NCBI GenBank assembly: GCA_020052135.1
Contig: JAGVPS010000028.1
Location: forward strand, 1 to 34,055
Direction of reading: 5' to 3'
DNA: 34,055 bases
DNA from: Minisyncoccota bacterium
Lineage (GTDB): Bacteria > Patescibacteriota > Minisyncoccia > UBA6257 > 1-14-0-10-40-38
The translations under genes and the position numbers were made by a program. The notes beneath the pieces are model-generated. The model saw only the letters and a list, made by a program, of their open reading frames with translations. It was not told the origin of the DNA and ran no database searches. Shown here in pieces: positions 20,868 to 29,529 of the stretch; position 1 is the first letter of the stretch, and the number at the start of each line of letters is the position of its first letter.

Positions 20868-23105
20868 ATGAATAAAATCTTTTTTGTCTCAACAGCGCGA
20901 GTGCCAACGCAACGAGCGCACGGACTTCAGATTATGAAAACCTGCGAAGCGCTTGCCAACGCGGGCGCCGACGTAGAACTCGTTATTCCCTCCCGGTTTA
21001 ATGAGCTTTCGGATGACCCGTTTGACTACTATAAAGTTCAACGCAACTTTAACATCCGCACGATCCGATCGCTTAATCTTGCGCCGCGTCGGGAACCCGC
21101 GCATCCGGTTTTTTATTGGATTCAAGCATGGACGTTTGCACTATCAGCGCTCCTGTATCTATGGAAAGAAAAGGATGCATACATTTATTTCCGATACGAC
21201 GTACCCCTCCTCATCACTTTTCAAGCTTTTTTCAGGCGGCGCATGCTTGTATGTGAAGCGCATTTTTTAATTCACGGACGGGCTAAGCGGTTACTACTAC
21301 GTTGTTTTGGGGTCATAACAATTGTGGATGCTGCAAAAGAAATATATGAACGTGCAGAAGATTTCAGCGACAATATACTTGTCGCTCCCGATGGGGTCAC
21401 CGTTTCAGACTTTAATATTTCTGTTTCACAAGCCGAAGCCCGGAAGCGTCTCGGGCTACCGCACGAAAAAAAACTCATACTGTATACTGGCTATTTCTAC
21501 GCGTGGAAAGGGGTAAATGCTTTAGTAAAGGCAGTACGGTATCTGAATGAGAATATAGAGATTGTACTCGTAGGTGGATATGAAAAAGACAGGCAACAGA
21601 TTGAAAAGATTATGGATGAGGAAGAATTTTCTGAAATCGAGCGTCGCCGAGTGACCATCATCGGCCATCGTCCCTATGCGGAGATGCCCTATTATCAACG
21701 AGCAGCTGATTGTCTCGTCGTGACCGGAGTTAAAAAGGGAGATCGATCAATGTTCACCTCGCCGCTCAAGCTTTTTGAATATATGGCATCCGGTGTTCCG
21801 ATAGTTGCCTCTGGCAATGTTTCGATAAAAGAGGTGCTTACGCATCAAAAGAATGCATATCTAGTCGAACCAGAGAATCCCCGCGCACTTGCTGTAGCGG
21901 TTACCGCAGTGCTTTCAAATATGCGACTGGCTGAGCGTATTGCGTTGCAGGCACGCACAGATGTTCTTAAATATGATTGGGCTATACGCGGTAAAAAAAT
22001 ATGGGACTTTATGTCCAAGCAACAAAAAGCGCCTCGTGTGGCATATCTATTTGCTGGGAAACGAGAGTCGCTTATTCAAAACGTGCGCGCGCACATGGCG
22101 CCAGATTCAGAACTTATCGGATTGAATTATCTGTATCGATTTGGTATCCGGGGTACGTTTTTGGAAACACCCCTCATGAATATGCTAAGAAAGCTGTTTT
22201 TTAATGCGGCGCAATTGCCGGCATTGTGGAGGGTGAGGACATATGACGTTGTGTTCCTGGGATCTAACCTGCCGTTTGTTTTCCTGATAAAGAAAATTTT
22301 GCATTGGCAGCGCCCGCGCGTGGTGCTCTATAATACATTTTTTACCCATACGCTAAAGCGCCATCCAAACGGGTGGTATGGCGCGCTCCTGCGGAGCGCG
22401 CTCCGTTCCGCTGATGCTATTGTCTGCCCCACAGAAGCGCAGACAGACTTTTTAAAGAAGGAAAAAATAGATTCCCATCGCATTCACCTGGTGCTGAATG
22501 GCGTAGATACAGATTTCTTTGCTCCTGCGAGAGCTGATCTTTCAGAAACCGATGGATATATTTTGAGTATTGGAAAAGATCTCGGCCGTGATTACCCGAC
22601 ACTCATTGCGGCGGCATCACGCATACCGGAGACTACTTTTTATATTATTGCGGCAGAAAGAAACCTCAAGAACGTGCCTGCACTGCCAGCGAACATAAAA
22701 GTTTTTTTTGATGTGCCGCACAAGGAAACGCTCGCGTTTTATCGCAAGGCCAAGTTTGTTATAATTCCTACGTATTCCGAAGAAAGTTTGCGGGGATCCG
22801 ACTGCTCGGGCCAATATGCGCTTCTTGATGCCATGGCTGCGAGGAAGGCGATCATTGTGAGTAGCCGAAGCACCCTCTCGGATTACATTGAAGCAGGAAA
22901 GGATGCACTCATCGTGAAGGCCGAGGATCCCGATGAGCTCATAACCGCCATTCGACTCCTTGGAAATGATAGTGCGCTCCGAGATCGCTTAGGGAAGGCG
23001 GCATTAGCAAAAGCAGAAGAGCGGTTTACCACAGAAAAGCTTGCTGAACGGCTCAGTATTGTTTTCAGATCAGTTTCACATCGCTCGTTTTACCTTTATG
23101 AATGA
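20868..23105 (+). CDS. Fused double glycosyltransferase (two GT4-like GT-B modules)
   Basis: Module 1 has KIFFVSTARVPTQRAHGLQIMK and SPLKLFEYMASGVPIVAS. Module 2 starts near PRVAYLFAGKRE and has GQYALLDAMAARKAIIVSS. I chose the ATG at 20868 over the TTG at 20847. Confidence 0.8.
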   Translation: MNKIFFVSTARVPTQRAHGLQIMKTCEALANAGADVELVIPSRFNELSDDPFDYYKVQRNFNIRTIRSLNLAPRREPAHPVFYWIQAWTFALSALLYLWKEKDAYIYFRYDVPLLITFQAFFRRRMLVCEAHFLIHGRAKRLLLRCFGVITIVDAAKEIYERAEDFSDNILVAPDGVTVSDFNISVSQAEARKRLGLPHEKKLILYTGYFYAWKGVNALVKAVRYLNENIEIVLVGGYEKDRQQIEKIMDEEEFSEIERRRVTIIGHRPYAEMPYYQRAADCLVVTGVKKGDRSMFTSPLKLFEYMASGVPIVASGNVSIKEVLTHQKNAYLVEPENPRALAVAVTAVLSNMRLAERIALQARTDVLKYDWAIRGKKIWDFMSKQQKAPRVAYLFAGKRESLIQNVRAHMAPDSELIGLNYLYRFGIRGTFLETPLMNMLRKLFFNAAQLPALWRVRTYDVVFLGSNLPFVFLIKKILHWQRPRVVLYNTFFTHTLKRHPNGWYGALLRSALRSADAIVCPTEAQTDFLKKEKIDSHRIHLVLNGVDTDFFAPARADLSETDGYILSIGKDLGRDYPTLIAAASRIPETTFYIIAAERNLKNVPALPANIKVFFDVPHKETLAFYRKAKFVIIPTYSEESLRGSDCSGQYALLDAMAARKAIIVSSRSTLSDYIEAGKDALIVKAEDPDELITAIRLLGNDSALRDRLGKAALAKAEERFTTEKLAERLSIVFRSVSHRSFYLYE

Positions 23106-23976
23106 CATGCCGTGTTTTGTATGTGGAGGAAAAGGAGAAAAAGTTTTTTACACTGTTGAGGAAAAGAAATTTTTATCGTGCATGGGGTGCGGCCTGATTA
23201 GCCTGGAGCAGATTCCAGGCGCGCAAGAATTTTATGCGCATTATAATGAGCGATATTATACCAAGGACTATGCAGGGCGGGGAGAGCGCTCGTTTCCTGA
23301 TTTTTCATATCGCTTCAGGTTTCTTGACCGGTTCATTTCCCCTCCGGGGAACGTGCTCGAAGTGGGCGCGGCAGGAGGAGAATTTTTAGAGCTCTTAAAA
23401 AAACGGGGCTGGGAAGTTTCAGGAGTCGAGATTTCAGAACCTGCAGTGCGTGCCGCACACCGCAATTACGGCCTTACGCTGGAGCAGGGCGTGCTTGAGG
23501 ATGTGGCCTATCCCTCAAATACTTTTGATGTGGTCCTGCTCTATCACGTGCTTGAACATGTGCGGTATCCCTTAGAAACTCTCGCGGAGATACGGCGCAT
23601 TCTGAAACCGGGCGGATCAATCATCGTTGAACTTCCAAATCCAACCGGCTTTGATGCGCGCGTGAGCGCCACATTGCTCGAGAGCGTTCTCGATTATCCC
23701 AATCATTTGCATCTCTTTCCAAAAAATACTGCTCGGCGTATACTCGTGCAATCAGGTTTTGGCGAAACGGCATGTGAGGCATCCTTTTCTTTCGCGCTCG
23801 CCTCTCTCTTACCTCATTTTAAGAGGGGCTACGCCAGAGCGAAAAGGACAGAGGAGGGCGAAACAATCATTCCTCTTCCCGAGAAATATATGACTTTGCC
23901 TCCTCAAAGAGCACGATCGCTTCTCGGGCGACTATTTCCAGGGATGAAGTTTACCATCCGGGCAATAAAGATATAG
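23098..23976 (+). CDS. Class I SAM-dependent methyltransferase with N-terminal zinc ribbon
   Basis: The ATG at 23098 overlaps the upstream stop (ATGAATGA). CFVCGG...CMGCG, then VLEVGAAGGEFL (motif I) and LKPGGSIIVELPN. Confidence 0.8.
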   Translation: MNDMPCFVCGGKGEKVFYTVEEKKFLSCMGCGLISLEQIPGAQEFYAHYNERYYTKDYAGRGERSFPDFSYRFRFLDRFISPPGNVLEVGAAGGEFLELLKKRGWEVSGVEISEPAVRAAHRNYGLTLEQGVLEDVAYPSNTFDVVLLYHVLEHVRYPLETLAEIRRILKPGGSIIVELPNPTGFDARVSATLLESVLDYPNHLHLFPKNTARRILVQSGFGETACEASFSFALASLLPHFKRGYARAKRTEEGETIIPLPEKYMTLPPQRARSLLGRLFPGMKFTIRAIKI

Positions 23977-23990
23977 CGAGACGCATATAT

Positions 23991-25028
23991 ATGAAAGACA
24001 CGCCGAAGCGTTTAAAGGGCAAAAAATTTTTGATATGTGGAGGATCGGGTTTTATGGGTTCGAACTTTATTCATTTCCTCATGAAGACTGTTCCGGATAC
24101 CCACGTCGTGAATCTTGACGCGCTCACCTATGCGGGGAATCCTGATAATCTTCTCGGGGTGCCTCCGGGTCGCTATCGATTCAAAAAAGGGGATATCTGC
24201 GACGAAAAGCTGGTGGGACAGTTAATGAAAAAAGCGGACTTCGTCATCAATTTTGCCGCAGAGACTCATGTCGACAGATCCATTCATTCTGACCAGAATG
24301 ACTTTATACACACAAATATACTCGGGGTGCATTCTTTGCTGAAGGCGTTTCGCAAAGCCGCCCCTTCTGCCGCAAAAATGATTCATGTTTCAACCGATGA
24401 AGTATGGGGAGATCTCCCCTTGAGCGCTAAAGGACGCTTCTCTGAAAAATCCCCCTTTAGGCCTAATTCTCCCTATGCCGCTTCCAAAGCGGCAGGCGAC
24501 CTCCTCATTCGTTCGTATACGAAAACATACGGAGTTCCCGTCATTGTATGCAACTCAGTGAATTTTTTTGGCCCTCGGCAATTCCCAGAAAAACTTATTC
24601 CCTTTTTTACGTTGCGCGCCATGGAAAATGAGCCACTCCCGCTCTACGGGAATGGCAAAAATATTCGCGAATGGATTCATGTTGAAGATTATGCAAGGGC
24701 GCTCCTCGTGCTTTGCAATCGAGGAAAGACGGGAGAAATATACCTTGCATCCAGCGAGGAAGGTGTATCTAATATATCTATTGCCCGGCGGATCTTAAAA
24801 ATACTAAAAAAACCGGAAAGCCTCATTACCTTTGTTGCCGATCGCCCAGGGCACGACCGCAAGTATGCGGTTAACACTTCGAAGCTTCGGGCACTTGGTT
24901 GGTCTCCACGATACTCCATTACGCGCGATTTGAGCGCCACAGTCAATTGGTATGCCCAGAATACCCGATGGGTACAACGAGTACTCGGTCGCGAGAAAAG
25001 GATTAATGCTCATATCCGACTTACCTAA
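23991..25028 (+). CDS. rmlB: dTDP-glucose 4,6-dehydratase
   Basis: FLICGGSGFMGSNF, LDALTYAGN, HVSTDEVWG, PNSPYAASKAAGDLL, GPRQFPEKLIP and IREWIHVEDYARAL are canonical RmlB motifs. Confidence 0.9.
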   Translation: MKDTPKRLKGKKFLICGGSGFMGSNFIHFLMKTVPDTHVVNLDALTYAGNPDNLLGVPPGRYRFKKGDICDEKLVGQLMKKADFVINFAAETHVDRSIHSDQNDFIHTNILGVHSLLKAFRKAAPSAAKMIHVSTDEVWGDLPLSAKGRFSEKSPFRPNSPYAASKAAGDLLIRSYTKTYGVPVIVCNSVNFFGPRQFPEKLIPFFTLRAMENEPLPLYGNGKNIREWIHVEDYARALLVLCNRGKTGEIYLASSEEGVSNISIARRILKILKKPESLITFVADRPGHDRKYAVNTSKLRALGWSPRYSITRDLSATVNWYAQNTRWVQRVLGREKRINAHIRLT

Positions 25029-25031
25029 TCT

Positions 25032-25778
25032 ATGAAAGGAGTAATTCTCGCTGGTGGGAATGGCACGCGTTTGCATCCGCTTACCTTCGTAACAAATAAG
25101 CATCTCCTGCCCGTCTATAACAAGCCGATGATTTATTGGCCGATCGAGACGCTTGTTCAATGCGGCATTACGGAAATTCTCATCGTCTCAGGCCGCGGAC
25201 ACGCAGGGCATTTTTTAAATTTGCTTGGTTCGGGGAAAAAGTGGAATGCTCGTTTTACGTACGAAGTGCAGGAAAATGCTGGAGGCATTGCGGATGCGCT
25301 CTCCCTGGCAGAAGATTTTTCCGATGGAGGCAAAATCGCTGTTATTTTGGGTGACAATATTTTTACGGCAGTCGGCGAGATTAAAAAAGGCATTAATCGT
25401 TTTACGCGGCAAAAAAGGGGAGCTATGGTTTTTTTGAAGCAGGTCAAAGACCCGCATCGATTTGGCGTTGCTGAAATCAGGAAGGGAAAGATTGTCGGTC
25501 TTGAGGAAAAACCGCGGCATCCGAAATCAAAGTTTGCGGTAACCGGAATGTATCTTTACGATGAGAACGTATTTGATATTATTCGCGCCCTCACACCATC
25601 GGGGCGTGGCGAGCTCGAGGTCACTGACGTAAACAAGGCATATGTAAAGCAGGGAGTTATGTTTCACACCATCATCTCCTCAGAATGGCGAGACGCGGGG
25701 ACATTTGATTCGTTGTTGGAAGCAAATGTGCTTATTGCTCGCGCAGAGCGTTCGACAAAACGCAAAAACGGAAAATAA
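25032..25778 (+). CDS. rmlA: Glucose-1-phosphate thymidylyltransferase-like sugar nucleotidyltransferase (short form)
   Basis: MKGVILAGGNGTRLHPLT...NKHLLPVYNKPMIYWPIETL. It lies immediately downstream of rmlB. Confidence 0.8.
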   Translation: MKGVILAGGNGTRLHPLTFVTNKHLLPVYNKPMIYWPIETLVQCGITEILIVSGRGHAGHFLNLLGSGKKWNARFTYEVQENAGGIADALSLAEDFSDGGKIAVILGDNIFTAVGEIKKGINRFTRQKRGAMVFLKQVKDPHRFGVAEIRKGKIVGLEEKPRHPKSKFAVTGMYLYDENVFDIIRALTPSGRGELEVTDVNKAYVKQGVMFHTIISSEWRDAGTFDSLLEANVLIARAERSTKRKNGK

Positions 25779-25782
25779 TTTT

Positions 25783-26472
25783 ATGAAACTCTCGATACTC
25801 ATCCCGGCATATAATGAGGCGCGCACGATTGCGAAGGTTATAGAGCAGGTAAAAAAAGTTGATCTCGGCCGCATCGTGAAAGAGATTATCGTCATAGACG
25901 ACGGATCAACAGATGGAACTGCGGATAATGTTTCTGCGGGTACGGCAGAAGTGCTTCGTCTCTCGAAAAATCAAGGCAAGGGATCGGCAATCAGGGCAGG
26001 TTTTGCCAAAGCCACGGGAGATATCGTCCTTATCCAGGACGCCGATCTTGAATATTCTCCGGAAGATATTCCAACGCTCATCGCCCCGATTATTGAGGGA
26101 AGCGCGGATGTGGTATATGGATCCCGCTTTGTAGGGGACAAGCCGCACCGCGTGCTCCTCTTCCATCACTACATGGCGAACCGATGCATTACTTTTTTTT
26201 CTGACCTCTGTACAAATTTAAACCTCACAGATGTCGAAACTGGCTACAAAGCATTTTCCCGCGCCGCGATAGATCGAATTCTTCCTCGTCTCGTATCATA
26301 TCGATTTGGTATCGAGATTGAGCTTACGGCACGGGTTTCCAAGGCTTCGCTCCGCGTGTACGAGGTCGGCGTTTCCTATCATGGTCGCACGTATGCGGAG
26401 GGCAAGAAGATCCGTTGGACCGATGGGCTTGCGGCGCTTTGGCATATCATCCGTTTTAATCTTTTTTCTTAA
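25783..26472 (+). CDS. GT2-family glycosyltransferase, small DPM1/Ppm1-like
   Basis: ATG at 25783 (the ORF-track extension to 25705 overlaps rmlA). SILIPAYNEARTI, VIDDGSTDGT and IQDADLEYSP. Paralog of 12113-12820. Confidence 0.85.
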   Translation: MKLSILIPAYNEARTIAKVIEQVKKVDLGRIVKEIIVIDDGSTDGTADNVSAGTAEVLRLSKNQGKGSAIRAGFAKATGDIVLIQDADLEYSPEDIPTLIAPIIEGSADVVYGSRFVGDKPHRVLLFHHYMANRCITFFSDLCTNLNLTDVETGYKAFSRAAIDRILPRLVSYRFGIEIELTARVSKASLRVYEVGVSYHGRTYAEGKKIRWTDGLAALWHIIRFNLFS

Positions 26473-26477
26473 AACCT

Positions 26478-27041
26478 ATGGGAGATAGATTTTGTGAACC
26501 AATATTCCGGTGGCTCCGCATTCGGCGAATGAAGTTGTTTTTGAATGCCCAAACGAATTTGCTCGATGTGGGTTCAGGCGCCGAGGGCACGATGCTGAAG
26601 GATTTAAGCCCCTACATCAAAGCAGGGGTGGGCATTGATTTGCGCGCGGAGCCGTATGAGGAGGGGAATATAAAAATCCAGCAGGTTGAGTTTGACGAGA
26701 AACCGCTTCCGTTTGCCGATAGCTCGTTTGACTGCGTTTCGCTCCTTGCAACGCTGGAGCACATGAACCGCCGAGTTGAGCTTCTCGAGGAAATTCGCCG
26801 CGTTTTGAAGCCCGGAGGAGTGCTTATCATCACCGTTCCCACATGGGCCGCAAAGCCCATACTCGAGTTTCTTGCGTTTCGGTTGAAGATTGTAAGTGAC
26901 GTGGGAGTGAAAGAGCACAAAACGTATTTTTGGAAAGCGGAGCTCGTGGAAGCGCTCAAAAAAGCCGGGTTTTCCCCGGAGCAAACTACAGTGAACTATT
27001 TTGAATTAGGGTTCAACTTGTCCGCGGTAGCGCGCAAATAG
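26478..27041 (+). CDS. Class I SAM-dependent methyltransferase
   Basis: LLDVGSGAEG (motif I), LATLEHM and LKPGGVLIITVP. Confidence 0.8.
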   Translation: MGDRFCEPIFRWLRIRRMKLFLNAQTNLLDVGSGAEGTMLKDLSPYIKAGVGIDLRAEPYEEGNIKIQQVEFDEKPLPFADSSFDCVSLLATLEHMNRRVELLEEIRRVLKPGGVLIITVPTWAAKPILEFLAFRLKIVSDVGVKEHKTYFWKAELVEALKKAGFSPEQTTVNYFELGFNLSAVARK

Positions 27042-27044
27042 AAC

Positions 27045-28178
27045 ATGAGTAAACCAAAACTCTGCTATGTGATACCGGAATATAACAGTGAAGCGCATAC
27101 GCATTTTGCCTATCTTACCCCCTTTATTCGTGCTTTGTCCGAAACATTCGATATTTGGCTCGTAGTTGAGCGGGGCACAGCGCCGCCGGATATGGGAACG
27201 GTGCGGGTATCTGTGGCGCGCATGCGCATCCCACTTTTGCGACTCATAAACATAAAATTCTTGCTGTTTTGGGCACGTGTCTCTGGGTATAAAGATTTTT
27301 ACGTACACTACTCTTTCTTTTCGGCATATGTCGCTTCGGTCATTGCGCGCGTAACGGGTGGGCGGGTGTTCTATTGGAATTGCGGTGAGCCATGGAAATA
27401 TAAACGGAATTTTTTCCGCGAAGCGTTTGAGCGAACGGTGTACTCGCTCGTGACGTATCTTGTGACGGGCACGGAAGGAATGAAGCAGGCATACGCGAAG
27501 CACTATGGGTTGTCGCTCGAAAAAATAAAGGTAATGCCGAATTGGGTGGATATCTCAAATATAAAATCTCAAATCGCAAATCTTAGCACTAAAGATATAA
27601 AAAAAGAACTCAATATTTCCAAAGATACAAAAATCATCTTGTTTGCGCACCGGCTTTCAAAGCGAAAGGGTGCGCACTATCTACCGGAAATTATAAAGGC
27701 TTTACAAAATGAGAATGTTGTTCTTCTCATCGCTGGTGATGGTCCTGAAAAAGAAAATATCCAATTACAAATTACCAATTACCCTGCCTCGCCGGCAGGC
27801 GGGCAATTACAAAATCGCGTGCAATTTTTAGGGTGGGTGCCGCAAAAAGATACGGCGCAGTATTTTGCTATCGCCGATGTATTTATTCTACCCTCCGAAG
27901 AGGAGGGGTTCCCGCACGTGATATTGGAATCAATGGCATATGGCGTACCCTCTGTCGCGTTTAACGTAGGGGGAGTGAAAGAAATCATTTTGCCAGAGCT
28001 TTTAACGTATGTTGTTGCTCCGGGCGACACGGCTGAATTTATTAGAAAAGTAAATACGCTTTTAGATATATCTTTAGAAAAAAGGAATTCACTGCAGGCG
28101 CGTATGAACGCTTGGATACGAAAATATGATCTTTTATCTTCAGTATCTATTTTTAAAAAAATAGCCCAGATAGTATAG
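27045..28178 (+). CDS. GT4-family glycosyltransferase carrying one in-frame cassette copy
   Basis: ILFAHRLSKRKG, AGDGPE and EEEGFPHVILESMAYGVPSVAFNVGGVKEII. Confidence 0.85.
   Translation: MSKPKLCYVIPEYNSEAHTHFAYLTPFIRALSETFDIWLVVERGTAPPDMGTVRVSVARMRIPLLRLINIKFLLFWARVSGYKDFYVHYSFFSAYVASVIARVTGGRVFYWNCGEPWKYKRNFFREAFERTVYSLVTYLVTGTEGMKQAYAKHYGLSLEKIKVMPNWVDISNIKSQIANLSTKDIKKELNISKDTKIILFAHRLSKRKGAHYLPEIIKALQNENVVLLIAGDGPEKENIQLQITNYPASPAGGQLQNRVQFLGWVPQKDTAQYFAIADVFILPSEEEGFPHVILESMAYGVPSVAFNVGGVKEIILPELLTYVVAPGDTAEFIRKVNTLLDISLEKRNSLQARMNAWIRKYDLLSSVSIFKKIAQIV
27761..27810 (+). repeat. Hairpin-plus-heptamer cassette, copy 3 (in frame, encodes ..QLQITNYPASPAGGQLQ..)
   Basis: CCAATTACAAATTACCAATTACCCTGCCTCGCCGGCAGGCGGGCAATTAC equals the reverse complement of 7804-7853 at 49 of 50 positions. 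Confidence 0.9.
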
Positions 28179-28186
28179 TGTCGCAT

Positions 28187-28195
28187 GCTATAATT
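28187..28195 (+). promoter_or_regulatory. Extended -10 promoter (TGCTATAAT), predicted leaderless transcript for the 28201 gene
   Basis: TGnTATAAT match. Only 5 nt (TTTTT) lie before the ATG at 28201, and there is no SD. Confidence 0.4.
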
Positions 28196-28200
28196 TTTTT

Positions 28201-29529
28201 ATGCATCGCGCAAAAGAAATTCTAAAAAACCCACTCGCGATTATCCTCTTCGTAGGTTTCATAATTGCGCTTGTATATGCATTTTATTTTAAAATTCCGC
28301 CGCTTGTTGATGCGCGCGGGTATGACAATATTGGTTGGCATTTGGCAGAAGGGTATGGGTACAGAGAATTCCTTACCACCCCACTTTTAAATGACGTGGG
28401 TATTGTGCGCGTGGGGCCTGGTTACGAGTTTTTTCTTGCAGGTATTTTTCTTTTATTCGGTCATTCGTATCCGGCCGTATGGATCATACAGTCACTGCTT
28501 CTCATGGGCACAGGCTACTTTGCCTATGCATTATCCCGCGAAGTATTTAAAGCCGCATGGCAACCACTCATAGGATATAGTGCCGCCGCGTTGGTGGTGT
28601 TTTCCCCTGACCTTATCACCATAAACGCGATGCTCATGACGGAAACCTTGGGCATTTTCCTTGCCGTGCTCGCCACATACCTCTTTTTCAAATACGTGAA
28701 TCAAAATTCGGACATGTATCTCTTTTGGTCAGTGGTTACCCTTTTTTCCGCCACGCTCGCGCGGACACCGGCAGTATTTCTCTTTATCCCGCTCTTTGGA
28801 TACCTCCTGTGGCAAAAACATTTCAAAAAAGTTTTTTTACTCCTGATACTCGTTGCCGCACTCGCTACGCCGTGGACAGTCCGGAATTATAAAATCTACG
28901 GCGCCTTTGTGCCATTCCATGCGGGGGGAAATTACAACATTGTGATCGGGAACCACGAAGGGGCAACGGGCGAGCAGGACCCCTATCCTAAACTAGGAGA
29001 ATATTTGGAAAAGTATGGCGCAATCGAAGCGGGTAAGCTCGCAAAGGCGGAAGGCTTCTCGTTCATACGATCACACCCGCTCGAATTTGTACGCCTTACT
29101 CTTTCACGAACCATTACGTATTTCAGCGGTGCTCGGCCAACCGGATTCTGGTTCCATCTTACGGGTACGAGCAAAGCCACAACCCTCGTTCTTTCTTCGC
29201 TCTATGCATTTTTACTTTTCTCATCTGGTTTCTTTGGTCTTGCAAGTGCGCGTACACTTGCTTCAGCTGATCATGCTCGCGCGAAGCTCTATAGGTGGTT
29301 TCTCGTCATGATGCCGCTTGCGGTCGTGGGACTCGTGGTTGAGACGCGCTACCGGTTTTTGCTCTATCCCTTTCTTGCAGTTTTTGCAGGGTATGGAATT
29401 TACCGCGCACTCCTTACGAAGCCAGAAAAAAAATTGCTCATAGGATCTATAGGGGCGGTTATTGCGATTGCTGTAGTTGATGTGCTCCGAAACCTCGATC
29501 GAATACTTGAACGCATCTCCGATATTTAG
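28201..29529 (+). CDS. GT-C-like (PMT/ArnT-like) polytopic membrane glycosyltransferase
   Basis: More than 10 hydrophobic segments. Acidic/aromatic loop after TM1 (VDARGYDNIGWHLAEGYGY). The stop overlaps the convergent gene by 4 nt. Confidence 0.7.
   Translation: MHRAKEILKNPLAIILFVGFIIALVYAFYFKIPPLVDARGYDNIGWHLAEGYGYREFLTTPLLNDVGIVRVGPGYEFFLAGIFLLFGHSYPAVWIIQSLLLMGTGYFAYALSREVFKAAWQPLIGYSAAALVVFSPDLITINAMLMTETLGIFLAVLATYLFFKYVNQNSDMYLFWSVVTLFSATLARTPAVFLFIPLFGYLLWQKHFKKVFLLLILVAALATPWTVRNYKIYGAFVPFHAGGNYNIVIGNHEGATGEQDPYPKLGEYLEKYGAIEAGKLAKAEGFSFIRSHPLEFVRLTLSRTITYFSGARPTGFWFHLTGTSKATTLVLSSLYAFLLFSSGFFGLASARTLASADHARAKLYRWFLVMMPLAVVGLVVETRYRFLLYPFLAVFAGYGIYRALLTKPEKKLLIGSIGAVIAIAVVDVLRNLDRILERISDI

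Noticed and set aside
20847-25782. ORF-track N-terminal extensions (20847, 23041, 25705; also 33461 and 20818 on the minus strand)
   Set aside because: The extensions overlap upstream genes or precede the conserved family N-termini (MNKIFFVS, MNDMPCFVCGG, MKLSILIPAYNE, MKKITISIV, MKIYRN). I preferred the internal ATG starts. The 20818 versus 20782 choice remains uncertain.
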